A stretch of 62,496 nucleotides of DNA, counting the filler. It is 8 parts of 8 records of this genome, joined end to end, with 100 filler letters (N's around TTAATTAATTAA, not from the genome) between each part and the next. Parts side by side here need not be neighbours in the genome. Positions count along the whole stretch, not along the records: positions 1 to 13,060 come from SRR31147125_115003; positions 13,161 to 18,624 come from SRR31147125_115503; 6 more parts are not named here. One strand, written 5' to 3'. The notes beneath the pieces are model-generated. The model made no database searches and was not told where the DNA came from. It saw only the letters and a program-made list of their open reading frames with translations. Each line of letters begins with the position of its first letter. Position 1 is the first letter of the stretch. Shown in pieces: positions 1-13,434 of this stretch. Made by a program: the position numbers and the translations under genes.

Positions 1-233
1 AGGTGTTGAGGAAAATGATTCCGCGCCAGGAGACCCTCCACTCCCGCGTGGGGGAGGAGGGGGTGGTCCCCGTCCTCGTAGACCCTGTGGAGAACCTGTA
101 CGCCGCATGGCGACGGACAGTCTGGCCCCCCAAGAAACAGAGAGAAAGAACAAACAATGGGATGATCAAAAAATGACTTTCTTGAAAAAGCACTTTTCTG
201 TCATTGCTTCTTTCTGGGGTGGGCGAGTGGACG

Positions 234-2692
234 ATGCGGTTGGTGGGTGTGGTGTTGGTGACGAATGGAAGTCGTGGGCCACAGGTGGGCCCCAGTAAGC
301 ACAAGGTGTTGGGTTTCCGGATTCTGTTTCTCACGGTCTCCCGTCTGGCAGCTCTTGTTCTCCTATCCACCGCCCCACGCACCACTCCCAAAGGTTTTAA
401 ACGAGGAGACAAGCCCATACGCACGGCTGGTGCGTGAAGTGTGTGTCTCGGGATCATCTCCAACGCATGAGACAGGTGCAAGTTCGACGTGATAGCTCAA
501 TCTCTTCATCTCTTCCACTTTCTGAGGATGCCTCGTTCGTATAGTTGGGGTAATCGTGACACAAAGGCCAATGGTAGGGTCTACCTAGTTGTGAAACCTT
601 GTTTGGGATGCCTCTACACGTTCTCGCCGACCTTCTTTCCCCAAATCCCACTCTCTTCAATCAAGTATGTATGGAACAAGACAAAGATAGGATGAGATCT
701 AATAAGAAGAGGCAAGAATTTCGATTTGCTTGTCGACGATCTCCAGTTCATTGGGCGTCCCGTGGTCTGTCCCTCTGCACCACCTCAAGAACCAAGTGAA
801 GATGGAAGTGAAGAGGCAGAGGATGAGGTGGATATGCTATGGGGGTGGGGAACAAGACACACCCACACGATGTTCGTTTGGGACAGGAAACCTCAACATC
901 CTCCGGGCACCACAAGCTCTACGAAGAGATCAACATGTTCAATGTCGTATTTGTTCTCAAGGTCCGCAAGATAATGGGTGATCTGTGCCACATCATTCAA
1001 CCGCAAAAAAAAAGGAGGCGGAGAACGACGAGCGGCCCCTGGGCAACGGTGAGAATGGCTGTGACACATGCAGCTTTCGCGATAAGGGTAACGAGGAAGA
1101 CGATGGCGAGGATCTGGTTACCCTTCAAGCTTCCATTCAGACGGATCTAAGTGCGCGATACACAGAGGTGCGTCTTGTGTGCAAGGAATGGGTACAGAGT
1201 GCTCCTATATGCCACAGACAGCAGCAAGGCTTTCCCATGTGCTCCTTCATGAACAGGTGTGCAGCGTCCCCCCATGACTCATCCATGACTTTCTTCTTTC
1301 GTCCCGCTTTTCAGATTCGTTGTGGGTTTATTAGTCGCGAGGTTCAGCGAATCATGCACATTCGAGAGGTTTCAGCGCGTCCAAACGGAAACAAGGGAGT
1401 CTTAGTTCGTTTGCTTCGTTTGCTCCGCTTCCGAATTTGGCTGTGCTGAGAGATCTCATTCAGGCAGACACACACACCGTCACCGACACCATGCTTCAAC
1501 AATCATCGCTTGCACATGATCTCAAGAAGATCTACCACGGCCTTCGCGAGCATGGATGGGCTCGGATCCTAATCAACAATTGGATCGACCTACCCCTTGC
1601 GCTTGAGATGACCCCAGATACCTCCCAGATAGATGTGAGAAGGGGTTGCATGGGCTCGTTGCCACCAATCTTCACACCCCTCGTGCAGTCCATGAGGCCA
1701 TATCAGACACTTCTCCTCCTCAAATCCGATTCAAAGGTGGTGGAGGAGTTGCCAGTCGATCACTCGCCCCTCCTTTATCAATTCGTGCGCAAGTGCAATG
1801 CTCTTAACTCTTTCCTGGACCTGCAGGTCATCACCAATATTCCTCTCACACAACTGTGCGTATCAAAAAATCGCAGAGGGAAACTTACACGACGGATTCT
1901 GTCAGATATCGCCTCGCCGCCCACCTCGTCTTTTGGAAGAAGGCTCGAGTTATTGATACAGTGACAACGGAAAGCGTGTGCGTTGCCGTCTTGTTTACCC
2001 TCGGCTTCTCATTCTTTCTCAGGTATGTCGTTGATTCTCGGGCCAATCTTGATGCATCCTCTCCCTTGTGGTCATCCTTTGCACACAAGTTTCCCACCTA
2101 TGACCTTGCCGATGTGAGTTCTCTCTCTCTCTTTCTCTCTCTCTCATCATATGATTGCCCTACCCAGATCTTACACCGGCTTTCATCGCCTCATCACTTG
2201 GGTGATCATCTTCGTAGAATGTTTGACGACAAACAAAAGGAAGATTTCATTCAAGTATGATTATTGTCTTCAACACACATCGTAGCTTCTCACACAAGTC
2301 TACAGATTGTTGTGTGGTTGTTGAAACATGAAGTGGTTGTTCAGCTTCACACCTTCATCTACTTCTGGATGCCTGCTAAGACTTCTTACGATGTACGTGG
2401 AGTGGGTGCCTGTCTCCAGAAGCCAGCTAAGCGGTAAGGGAGTAGGATGCATCGGAAGATGCCTATCAGAAACTTATTGCATCACGGTCCCATGCAACCC
2501 TTTTTCATCGGTGCGTGGGGGTTGGGGTGCGTCGTTGTTCTGGCTCAGTGACTTCGGATAAGACTCCAACCATACTTCAATGGCAAACATCATCTGAAGG
2601 AAATCATGTGGAAAGAAAACCTACAACACGAAGATTTGAGCAATTTGTGCACAACCTACAGCGACCTTCTTGTCTTTTGTCGACATCCTTGA
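234..2692 (+). CDS. NPRL3: GATOR1 complex subunit NPRL3 (multi-exon eukaryotic gene)
   Basis: Splicing the GT-AG intron 285-351 gives MRLVGVVLVTNGSRGPQ|LLFSYP, matching the NPRL3 N-terminus. Later exons read FDLLVDDLQFIGRP, MFNVVFVL, MRPYQTLLL, LAAHLVFWKKARVID and RLQPYFNGKHHLKEIMWKENL...RHP*. Internal exon boundaries were only partly traced. Confidence 0.88.
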
Positions 2693-2765
2693 TGTGCACA
2701 GTGTGTAAACGACAACAAAGGACGTTCATTCCCCATGCACACACACACCCACACACACATCCTCC

Positions 2766-5700
2766 TCACACACGAGTCAACTTGAAGTCTCCAAAGAGCA
2801 GGGTGTAGTCTCCTTTCTTTTCTCCCATGGCGAAAAGCCCGATCCGTGGGTTGACAATGGTCTTAACAGCCTTCTTGATGGTTCCTACTGTCTTCCACGT
2901 CCTTCCTTCCAGCACCTTGAAGACCAAATCAGGGTAGCGCCGCTCAATCTTAACGCGAACTTCGGCCGTGTCCTTGTAGGGTCCTGTCAAACGCAATGAT
3001 TCCGCAGACATAATCTTTGTTCCCTTAACTCCTTTGGCACGAATGTCGCTCGTGCCGAAAGATTGAGACGGTCCGAATCCATACCACACCCAGTCACGTG
3101 CTTTGGGGCTGGCGGACATGATGATAAGACCGCAGAATGTGTTGGTCGGGATCTTGCGATGTGGCAGGAGGATGGATGCCTCCGCGTCAAAGTCTTGGTC
3201 AGGACACCAGTGAAGTAACTCGGCTCCCCGATCGACGCGATTCGTAAGCATGAGAGGTGCGTTCGTTTCATTCGCCTCAAGTGTGATGTCCAGCGCTCCA
3301 TCCTTGACACGAAACAGGGAATGGCGGGCCGGGTCACGGAGAGCCCATGGGCTGCCTGGAATTCCCTTCTTGTTGAATTCTTCATTGATGACAATGGGTG
3401 GAGGTTCCGTGTACAAGGGCTTCACAAATTCGAACGTTGATCGTTCACGCCACACTTGGGCGTAGTTGATCCACATATTGATGAAAAGATTGGCGCGATA
3501 CCTCCTGCGGGCCGCATAGTAGTTCTGGGGATTCATCGACATGAACCGTCCGAGGGACCGAGGGGACTCGAACGAGAAGGTGTCTGCACGACCCGATAGG
3601 CCTGGTACAAGAAGGAATGTTGTTTGTGGCGAGGTACCATCCTTGTCCAGGTCTAACCACCGATCACCGCGCATGCGAAGATAGTAGGTTCCCGGATAGG
3701 TGCCATTCTTCTCCACGAAACGGAACTGAACCAATGTGCCATACGCGTGCGAGAACCGACCCGAGGGAGCGAGGGCCACCTCGAAGGTGGCATCCTGTTG
3801 CTCTGACCACACACCGGATATCTGCATTTCCTCGGGACGTCGACCAGAGAAAGGCTCCCAAACACGAAGGTGCAAGCCTGTCTTAGGATCACGGATACTG
3901 TGGCGTCCCAGCACATCTGTACGCAATCCCTTCTCCACACACTTCCCGCCTGCCTTCCACTCACAATCCTTGTATGTCGTGGTGCCCACACGTGTCCCCA
4001 TGACAGGTGAAGCCAGGCCACTCGGCTTAAACCCAGCGCTGAGGGTACACCGGTGCAGGAAAACACGAGCATCCGCATTGGCCACGACACCTGTCTTCGT
4101 GCCCGCCGGCGTGACATTGACGCGATCCATACGTGAGAAGGAAACTCCCGTGAAGAACATGGCGGGTGCTTGATCGAGGGCCTTGTTGTTGACTACAGAA
4201 CCACCGTAATAGAGAATGTTCGCACTCTGAAGGTACGAGCCACCACCGTTTTCGGCCTTATTGCGGTCCAGTGTGCACGATTGCACACGTCCACTAGAGC
4301 CATAGTGGTAGATACCGCCACCATTGCCCTTGGCCGTGTTCCCACGAAGAGTGGAGGCATACAGCACCTGATAGCCCGCATCGAGGAACAGCCCACCTCC
4401 ATGACCCACTTGGGCCGTATTGTCTGTCACGGTTGCATAGTTGAGGACAAGGGTCGAGCGTCGGACGTAGATCCCACCACCATTCCCATTGGCTGCCGTG
4501 TTCCCAGAGATGGTGGTGCTGTGAATACGTAGATACCGTCGAGAGTAGATTCCGCCGCCGCCGCCAAGAGTGGCACGGTTGTTGAGGATCTTACTGTTCA
4601 TGATGCGCGGATAGGGACCAACCACGAGCACACCACCTCCGGTTTGTGCTTCACAGTTTTGAATCGTCACATAGCGCAGTTCGGAACCACCTGAAAGCTG
4701 AAGACCACCGCCTTCGGCCGAAACACCGTTCTCGAGAACGAAACCATGCAGGACACCACGTGAAACAGCATGAAGGGCTCGCGACGCCCGACGGCCATCC
4801 AGAGTTGCCCCGCTGCCATCCACGAGGACCCATTTGTTCACTTCCACATCATTCCAACCCACACCGCTGTAGGTCCCTTTGTGAACCTTGATGAGATCAC
4901 CATACACAGACTGGCTAAGTGCATATTTCAGTGTCTTGAACGGCTTATCGGGAGAGCCGGCACTCGGGATATCCTGACCCTCGTGGGACACATGGGCCGG
5001 TCGTTTCGTCCACAACTCCACATCATCCGACCATTCACTCCTGCCCAAGTTGCTAACGGCTTGGACCCGGTAGCGGAACTTCTTGTGCGAGAAGTTGATG
5101 TCTTGTTTGTTGTTATAGAATCGACGAATATCCACTCTCCACGCCCATGTCGTAAGACGACCTCCGTACACTCGCCTGAAGGCACCGCCCCGACCATCGT
5201 CGCGTTCCAGAATCCAATATCGGGTCACCGCACCACGTTCCATTCCTCCCCACGTGCACTCTTGAGAGGCGTCACGATCCCACTTCACCTTTTGCATGGT
5301 CGAGGAAAAGGCGAGCAGTGTTACATTTTGAGGCTTGCACGGCGGAAGCCCGTGGGTCCGAAGGTTGCTCGTCGGACTCGAGGAACTCCATCCCAGTGCG
5401 TTATGAGCCCTCACAGAGAAGGTGTACACAGCATACGGGTCAAGTGGTTCCTTCTTGTGCGTGGTGACATTGAAGCTCAATTCCAATCCGGTGTAGACAA
5501 TTTCCGCTGTACGGCCGTCACTCACCGTCAGTTCGTACTTGTCAATCGTCCGACCATTATCTTCCGGAGCATTCCACTGAACAATGATCCAGTGTGTCCA
5601 CTTTGCCACTTCGGTCGGACCGTTCGGGGTTTCCGGCACATCGTCCCGTGTCTGAACCTTCCCAGGAGACGACCAGACACCCCAACCAACGCTATTGTGT

Positions 5701-8700
5701 CCTCGAACACGGAAACCATAGGCGGTATCGGGCAAGGCCCGGACCCATCGACCGAGTTGGCGTGCGGATACCTGGACGGGAGACGTCCACTCGCCCGAAA
5801 CATTCAGATTCTGAGTCTGGAACTGATACAGATCAATATCTGCACCACGGCCATCCGGTTCCTTCCACTCAATCCAGAACTTCCGAGCAGAGACACGCGG
5901 TGTGGTTGGCTGGTCGGGTGGACCTGGAACCTGGGCAGCGGGTCGATGTTCCCCTGGAAGGGACATGGGACCCGAGCCCTTGGCGTTGTTGGCGCGCACA
6001 CGGAAGCGATACTTGTATCCTGGACAGAAGCCACTGACTATTATGTCCTTCTGGGTACCATTGTAAAGCAGTTTCCAGTCCCCGGGAGTATCGTAGGCCA
6101 CCTTCCAGTGGGCCACATCCCAATCCACATCAAATGACGTGATGGCTTCTCCGTTGTCCACAGGAGCCTCGAGATGAAGAAGTTCCGCACCGGTGCAGTG
6201 CGAGGGCGCATCCGGGTCCAATTGGATGTGAGGAGCCGTACGTGCCAGCTGACGACCCACAGCAGAGGCCTTGTTCAAGATCTCAGGTGGTTTGGCTTGT
6301 TCGGGCTCCGCTGTTTCGGTCGTGAAGATAAGCGCCGGGGTACACCACAAGGATGCTCCCATGCTGTTCAATGCCCTCACCCATACGTTGTAGCCTGTGT
6401 TGGGGGTCAAGTGTTCCAGAAGACGTGAGGTCCCACTCGCTTGTTGCGTGAGCTTGGTCTGGCCTTCCGCAGATCCATTCTGAAGATAGCGTGCTTGATA
6501 CAACGTGAGGGCCCGCCCGTTGTCCTCAGGTTCCTCCCACTCAATCTTTGTTTGTCGTGCACCCAAGGCCGCAACCGATGGAGTCTCCGGAGCCATGGGA
6601 GGCCCGACTGCCGTAACAAAGGAACTCTCCTTGCTCATTCCACCAACGCCCACCGAGTTTTCAGCCGACACGCGAACCCTGTAACGAGTTCCCGGTTCCA
6701 GATTTTCAATTGTGAAGGATTGATTCCCTGCAGCATACACTTCTTCCCATGTCGAATCCTTCCACATTTCCAAGTGGAACGTTGTGATCTCTTCCCCGTT
6801 ATCGTGCGGGGCATCCCATTTGAGAGTTAGCGAGCGGAGACTGACAGCGGCCGCAACAGGAGGAGTAGCTGCTTCGGGTTTGTCGGGCATCGTCTTGAAG
6901 GTTGCGGCAGCCGACGGCGCCGATTCGCCCTTGATGTTGGAAGCAAATACACGGAAGGAGTACTCGGTAAACGGGAGCAGATCTTGTTCACGGAACTCCT
7001 CATCCGCACCCTGGTACACACGTCGCCAGGGTCCAGTGGTACCCTCCACAACATCCGCCACTTCCACACGATAGCCCTGAACCTCTTCTCCATTGTCGGC
7101 AGGGGCCTTCCACGTCACCGAGAAGGCTCGCGGCTCAGCACCCCCATCCTCGGGGGGATCAGGGGCATCCGGTGGCGCGGTGTCCGTTTGGAAGCCCACG
7201 TCCTCCGTGAAGGGACCCTCACCAATCTTGTTCCATGCCGAGACACGGAAATTGTACTCTGTATTGGGCTTGAGATTGTCGGCTGTAAACTTGGTCTCGG
7301 GTCCCTCGAACACACGCGCAAAGTCCACTCCTCCACCGTCATCCATTTCCACAGTGTATTTGATGATAGGAGATCCATTGTCTCGTAGGGGAGGACGCCA
7401 CGCCATCGTAAGGGTGGTACCCGTTCGATCTACACCCGTGACGGCCACCGGAGCCTCTGGAACACTGAGTCGCATTGTGAACTCGCCGTAGGTACTCTTC
7501 TCGCCCCATCCCTTGGCATTGCGTGCACGCGCCCGGAAACGATACTTGCGACCGGGAACGAGTTCATCTACGTGAGCCTTGGTAGCGGTCCCCGTGTAGC
7601 GTACTTCGTACTCCCCGCCCATACCGTCGTCAACCTCCAGTTCGTGTTCTGTGATCGAGGCACCGTTATCATGAGGGGCATGCCATTCAATGTCTAGAGT
7701 ATAGGGCGTGTCGGCAACAACCTCAGGAGTTTCAGGTGCGAAGGGGGAGCGGTCTTTGTGTGGAAGGATGTCTCGGTCCAGTCGGACGGCCCCTTTGCGT
7801 TGATAGCCCGAACACGAAGCTTGAAGTCGGTGGCAGCACGAAGCTCACCAATTTGGGCATCTTGTGCCAAGTCGCTGAACACTTGCACCCACTCATCCTC
7901 CGGAGTGGACAAACCGGGTCCCGCCATCTCGACTTCATAGGTTGTCACATTCAAACCATTGGGTACTGCTTCGTCCCATGCAACACCAACCGTGAACGCT
8001 GTGACTGCTTCGTCCGGGATTTTCAAGGCCGCCACCTTTTCCGGACGATCCGTGAGTGTCACCACACTGAGTGGCTTGCTCCATTCACACGGTCCGACCC
8101 TGTTGATGGCCCGTACACGGAAGTTGTAGCGTGTCGCGGGTTTGAGTGCGGCCTTGTAGTACTCGAGCGGTTGATCCGCACTACACGCGAACGTGTCCTT
8201 CCACTCGCCTTCGGGACCCCGATACTGCACTTCGTACTGATCGATGGGCTTACCATTGTGATAGGGAGCCGTCCAGCGGATCATGGTGCCTCTCTCCTCT
8301 TTGCGAATAAGAAGGGGAGCGGGCGGTATATCGGGAACATCGGACAACATTTCCACGTGCACGATATCGCTCCAGCCGCTCTCCCCCACCGAGTTCACAG
8401 CTCGTACAGTGAAGTTGTAGAAGCGACCCGGTACAAGATCTGCAACCTCAGTTGCGGGGGAAGGCGAAAGGGGACCCAAGTCCACCTTTTTCCGTTCCAC
8501 AGGGGCATAAGGATTCGGCTCGGGATCCACGTCCTCATACTCCAGCCTGTAGTTTTCAATAGGCTCACCATTGTCGAAGGGAGCATGGAAGGAGATGCGC
8601 ACGGCACGAGAAGTGAGACGTACCACTTCTACGTCTGTTGGACGATTGGGTGGAAGCGGAACGGTGCGAATACGAGACACCTCGGACCAGTCACTGTCTC

Positions 8701-11528
8701 CCAACACATTTCGTGCTCGGACACGGAACTGATAGTACTGTCCCGGTGTCAGACTCTCCGTCAAACAGGCGAGCTCAAGACCCTCGCATTCAAAGGAAGT
8801 CGTCTTCTTGAACTCGTCACGTTTCTCCACAAGGAAGGTAAGAATGGGCTTGCCGTGATCATCCGGAGCCGTCCACGAAATGGAAATGTGATTGTCGGAT
8901 TTGTCCTCGAGGGCAACGGGATCCGGTGTAGCGGGTCGATCCGGATCCGTCCAGATACACACAGGCGCCGACCACACAGAGTCTCCGTGGTTCTTCGGTT
9001 TGGTATTCGTTGCCTTGAGGCGGAAGCAATAGTTCTTGCCTGGAATCAGACCCGAGACGACTGTACTGGTGTTCAAGCCCTCATAAACCGTACGCACGGA
9101 TTGGTCCCTCATGTAGGTAAGTTCCAGAGTGAGTTGGGTGATGGGAAGTCCGTTGTCCTCGGGAGCAACCCATTCCAGTTCGGCGGATCGTTTGCCCTTC
9201 TCCTTGACAATCGGAATCGCCGGTTGGTCGGGTACATCGGTAAGCGTGGTAATGCGTCCCACATCGGACCACTCCGAGCAGAGGGCTTCTTCGGTCGTAC
9301 ACGACTTGGCACGGAAACTGTACGTCGTACCACCCTTGAGATGTGCAAAGAGGTGGCGTGTCTCGTTGCCCCTGTAGTACTCTTGGAAGGGTCCACCCTT
9401 TCCGGTGTCCCGTTCCACAATGTAGTACGTCAGAATGTGTTGTGGATCGGCACCCAGCCATCCCACACGCAAATTCTTGACTTGCACTTCAAGGGAACCG
9501 GGGGCATCGGGTGCCTTGAGGCGAGCATAACACTGTCCCGGTTTGTACAGATGCAAATCCATCTGATCTCCACAGTGCACAGGGCTTGTACGATCATGGA
9601 AACGGTAGATGGGCATAATAGCAAATGTCCGCGGGATCACTTGCGAGGCAAGGACAGAGTCTCCCGGAACCGGTAGGGGTCCAGGGACTGTGGTACGTGT
9701 CTCACCGCTTTCGGAGAAGGAAATATGAGCCCCATCGTCCAGAAGGCGGAACCCGACAAGGTCCCCTTCTAACGCCACCACTCCGTAGCCGTAACACATT
9801 TGTTTTCCCACCACAGCATTCACTGTATCGTTGGCAACAAGTGTCAGCTCGGGTTTGTCATCCGTCGTTGTGGAACGGTACGCCTCGAACCGAAGGGGTC
9901 CCCTGCTCGTTGTATCGATCCACCACTTGCACACATCACCATCCGAGGCCAGAGGCTCCCCCTCCAGATACGTGACACCTGTTTCGTATTGACCCATTCC
10001 AGCATCCGCCGTCCCCAGTTCGGCCGGCCACTGAGTGCCGTGCTTGAACGACGTATCACGTGCACAGTCGTACCCCGCCCAGCCCATATCACAGACACAT
10101 CGCGGGCCACTGTCACTTTGAACACATTCACCATGTTGGCTACAGTGGTGTGGACCACAATCCGCAGGACACGTCTCAGTTGCCCACGTCAGCCCACTGC
10201 ATTCGTCAGCCTTCTCAACCCCCAGGCAAATGCTGTACTCGCCACACCACCCGCATCCACCCGACAAACAGCTCAGACAATTCGAGAAAATGGCACACGG
10301 TTCTCCCTCACACATGTCATACTGGAAGTTCAAGCAACTCTGCGCTGCATGACTTTCACGCCACACACACTGGCGATCATATCCACACCAGCCACACGCG
10401 GATTGCTGTAAGCATTCAGCACACGTAACATAGGAGTCACACAGCTTCTCTTCTTCCGTCATGCGATGAGGTCCCTGCAACGCGGCCACTTCTCCCTCCT
10501 CCTCTTCCGCCTCTGTGGCATTCCCACTTTGCACTCCCTGGGAAGAAACCGGAACCGATTCAACAGCCACGGCTGGGGCTGTTGGTGCACCCGCATAGTA
10601 ATCCTCACGAATCGCGTTCGGAGTCAGAACCGGGTGCCCCGCCACCCAGCGGAAGTGGGTTAAGAACCCTTGGAATCCACGTGAAGCGAAGCTTGCACCA
10701 AGATGAAGGTCACCATCGTTGAAGACAACAGGTTTCTCCAATTGCTTCCGCACCGCTTCCTTGCCGTTGAGGTAGATGGCGGCCGTATTGGTATCCTGAT
10801 CCACTGTGACGGCAACATGAGAGAATCGATTAAGGGGGAGTTGCTGTTTGGTCTTCACATCTGTGGTGCCGTCCTCGCCTGTGTTCAACCGCAGAAGCAA
10901 CCGTCGTGAGTGTGGAATGAACCACATGGCCGGTGTTCGTTCGGCGTGTTTCGTTCCCTTGTGAAAAATAGCTGCCCATGTTGTATCCGTGGCTGTTGGC
11001 ATGAGCCACACCAAAAGCGTGAACGACTTGCTCTCGGGGATGTCACGGTGAGGAATCAACACAGAGTCCGTCACTCCGAACTTTGTCAGTGCAGAGAGTA
11101 CGACAACTGTGTTGTTATCATGGTCTATAGATGGGATAGGACGGAGAAGGGGGAGGGGACAGAAGGGGGGAATGGATGAGGTGAGAAGAGAACACAGAGC
11201 CACGCTTCCCATGCTCCCCGCGTACCAAGGAGACCCTCCTCCTGGGAATGGGTTGGACCAACATCCAACCCTTCAGCAGCAGCATCGAGTGTGTCGGTAA
11301 GTTCGGTGTCAACCGATGACGCTTCGTCTTGCGTTTCCTGGCCGTCCTCTTGGAGTTCCACTGTAGAAGAAGTGTGTTACACGGTGTTCTGAACCGTGGG
11401 GCCAAGCACATCCCCACCGGCGGCACACGCACCCAGGAACGCGTCCCCCTCCTCGGGCGGGTAATGGGCACGCCGGTAGACCCCACAAGGAGCACCAAGA
11501 GGAGCACCCACACCACGCTCCGCCCCAT
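2766..11528 (-). CDS. Giant secreted multidomain protein (~2900 aa): signal peptide, LamG-like, PSI repeats, EGF, ~15 fibronectin type III repeats, parallel beta-helix, AbfB-like and C-terminal concanavalin-like domains
   Basis: ORFs 7694-11212 and 2766-7622 join by adding one base in the G5 run at ~7743-7747; the restored frame reads PFAPETPEVVADTPYTLDIEW...DDGMGGE. Hydrophobic leader MGRSVVWVLLLVLLVG starts at 11528, followed by two 5' GT-AG introns. Repeated W..P.DNG..I..Y and Y.FRVRA.N..G motifs, CAECL...CGWC repeats, and GGG(I/L)Y repeats. Confidence 0.85.
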
Positions 11529-11638
11529 TGGAGAAGAAGCAGAATGAAACGAAAGGGACAGGGGAAAAGAAAAGTTCATGGGAGTTCCGTCCGAGCGCCC
11601 CCTAAAGGGTTGTACACAAATTGTGGTTGAAGTAGCAC

Positions 11639-12798
11639 CTACATGTAGGGTGGACCCGGTGGTGGGAGTTCATCATTGTCGGGTCTACGAAGTGCATGAA
11701 CTAACAGCATACGTTATTCAATGAGAAAACACTCACCCGCTAGGAAAGAAGGGCTCTGGTCCGTAGGGATCGAATCGCGGACGCCCTCCCACACTGTAAC
11801 TCAGCACACAAAGAAATCGATCGTACTATCACACGTACGGTCGACCATGTGGATGCATTGGATTGAAGAATCCTGGATGTCCTGGGCCGATCAGATTGCT
11901 TGTAAACGGATCATCCACTCTGCTTATGCAATGTGTCATGACAAGAACAGACGAACGTGGAAATACACACCCTGCAAAAGGTCCATCGTGTTGTCCGATA
12001 TCGAATGGTGGACGTCTAGGATGGGAAGGATAGCGGATCGGAGGATAACGAAGAGGTCGAGGATACACCAACGCTCTGGTGTGCAAATCCTCCATCATAA
12101 GAGGAAAGAACCACAAAACAACAAGAATCAACACACTCGGGCACGGGTTCTGGTATCCTTGCTTCCTCGTGGTGTTCGCGTTCCTCCTGGGTCTCCGGTA
12201 CAAGCCCGTGGATGATGTGGGATCGAATAAGAGACGTAAGACGCTCTGCATCCTTGATAAGAGCAGAATAGTCTGTAAGGGGTACGTTGGATGCAATGAA
12301 TTGGTCCACGCTGGTACCGTGAGACATGAGTAGCCACGTCATCACCTCGGACCTTCCTCAAAACGCACTCCAGCTCAACGGAATAGAGCTTACCATCCTC
12401 CCTCCCCATTGCGTGAACAAACAGATGGGTATCCATAGCCAGGGCCTTCACCACAAACGTCATGCAGCTCTGAGAAAGGAATCTGTTACCCAGACGTATC
12501 GTCGTAATGCTCTGATACACACTTTGAAATGACGGTAGCGAAGCGAGTACGCCTCATCGGAGTGGTTCCACCCGTCGGGCACCGAACACTTCCTCTCGCT
12601 GGGTTCTACCTCAACGCGTGAATCCACCATCCACTCCAACACCAGACACGTACCTTGAATCACTCCTTCTTCTCCTGTGCCCACACAACGAAACCCATTT
12701 CCTGTCAGGACGGCATGGGTTGCAAACACTAACGCATCACGACGCGATCGCAGTGTGGGACGTTCGCTTTCAAACGCCGCCCCAACCACCTCCGCCAT
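11639..12798 (-). CDS. PSMF1: Proteasome inhibitor PI31 (multi-exon)
   Basis: Exons read DALVFATHAVLTGNGFRCVG, VPDGWNHSDEAYSLRY, TFVVKALAMDTHLFVHAM, a Pro-rich tail with LIGPGHPGF and PRFDPYGP, then PDNDELPPPG. This is the PI31 FP domain plus Pro-rich tail. Confidence 0.82.
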
Positions 12799-13060
12799 GG
12801 ACCCAGCGGCGGAGAAGTAATAAATGGTTAATGGTAAATTGTGAGATCCTATTCCATTAACCTCTTGTGAAATGGAGGAGCATCGCGGCTTCCCCAGACA
12901 TCCGCCTGTGCGTGTGGGGAAACGTCTATCGCGTCGTGTTGTCAACAAGAAAACGTTAGTTCCATATAGAGGCTGTAGGGACAGATGCGGTTCTTCTGGA
13001 GCGTCAGGCATCCTGGTCGGATACGTCTCTGTTGGAGGGAAACACACACGGACAGGAAAA

Positions 13061-13160
13061 NNNNNNNNNNNNNNNNNNNNNNNNNNNNNNNNNNNNNNNN
13101 NNNNTTAATTAATTAANNNNNNNNNNNNNNNNNNNNNNNNNNNNNNNNNNNNNNNNNNNN
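13061..13160. other. Artificial contig linker (N44-TTAATTAATTAA-N44)
   Basis: The identical 100-nt spacer with stops in all six frames recurs at 18625-18724, 26317-26416, 33972-34071, 40139-40238, 47357-47456 and 54597-54696. Composition and gene content change abruptly across each one. Confidence 0.99.
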
Positions 13161-13434
13161 ATTCCACTTTATTTTTAACTACAAAAACGCCGAGAATCGT
13201 TATTCATTAAATATATCAATGACTTACAGGCTGCAAAAAACCGAAAAACCGGAGCTCGAATTTTAGTTTCCGAGCCGAGATTGAGAAAAAATAGCCGGAG
13301 GGGCGGCATTTTTTGTAAAAAGCTAAATTTCATGAATTTCAGGAGAATGAATTAACTATTTACTTGGTAACAATCACAAGCAATGCTAGAGTTATGAAAA
13401 TTTGAATAATGCTAATGATTTCAATGGAATACAA

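Noticed and set aside
1-233. Possible divergent gene start upstream of NPRL3
   Set aside because: Too short and cut by the window edge; no recognisable protein.
4770-9676. Long plus-strand ORFs 4770-6137 (455 aa) and 7736-9676 (646 aa)
   Set aside because: Antisense shadows of the FN3 gene with no recognisable motifs, as expected from its codon bias.
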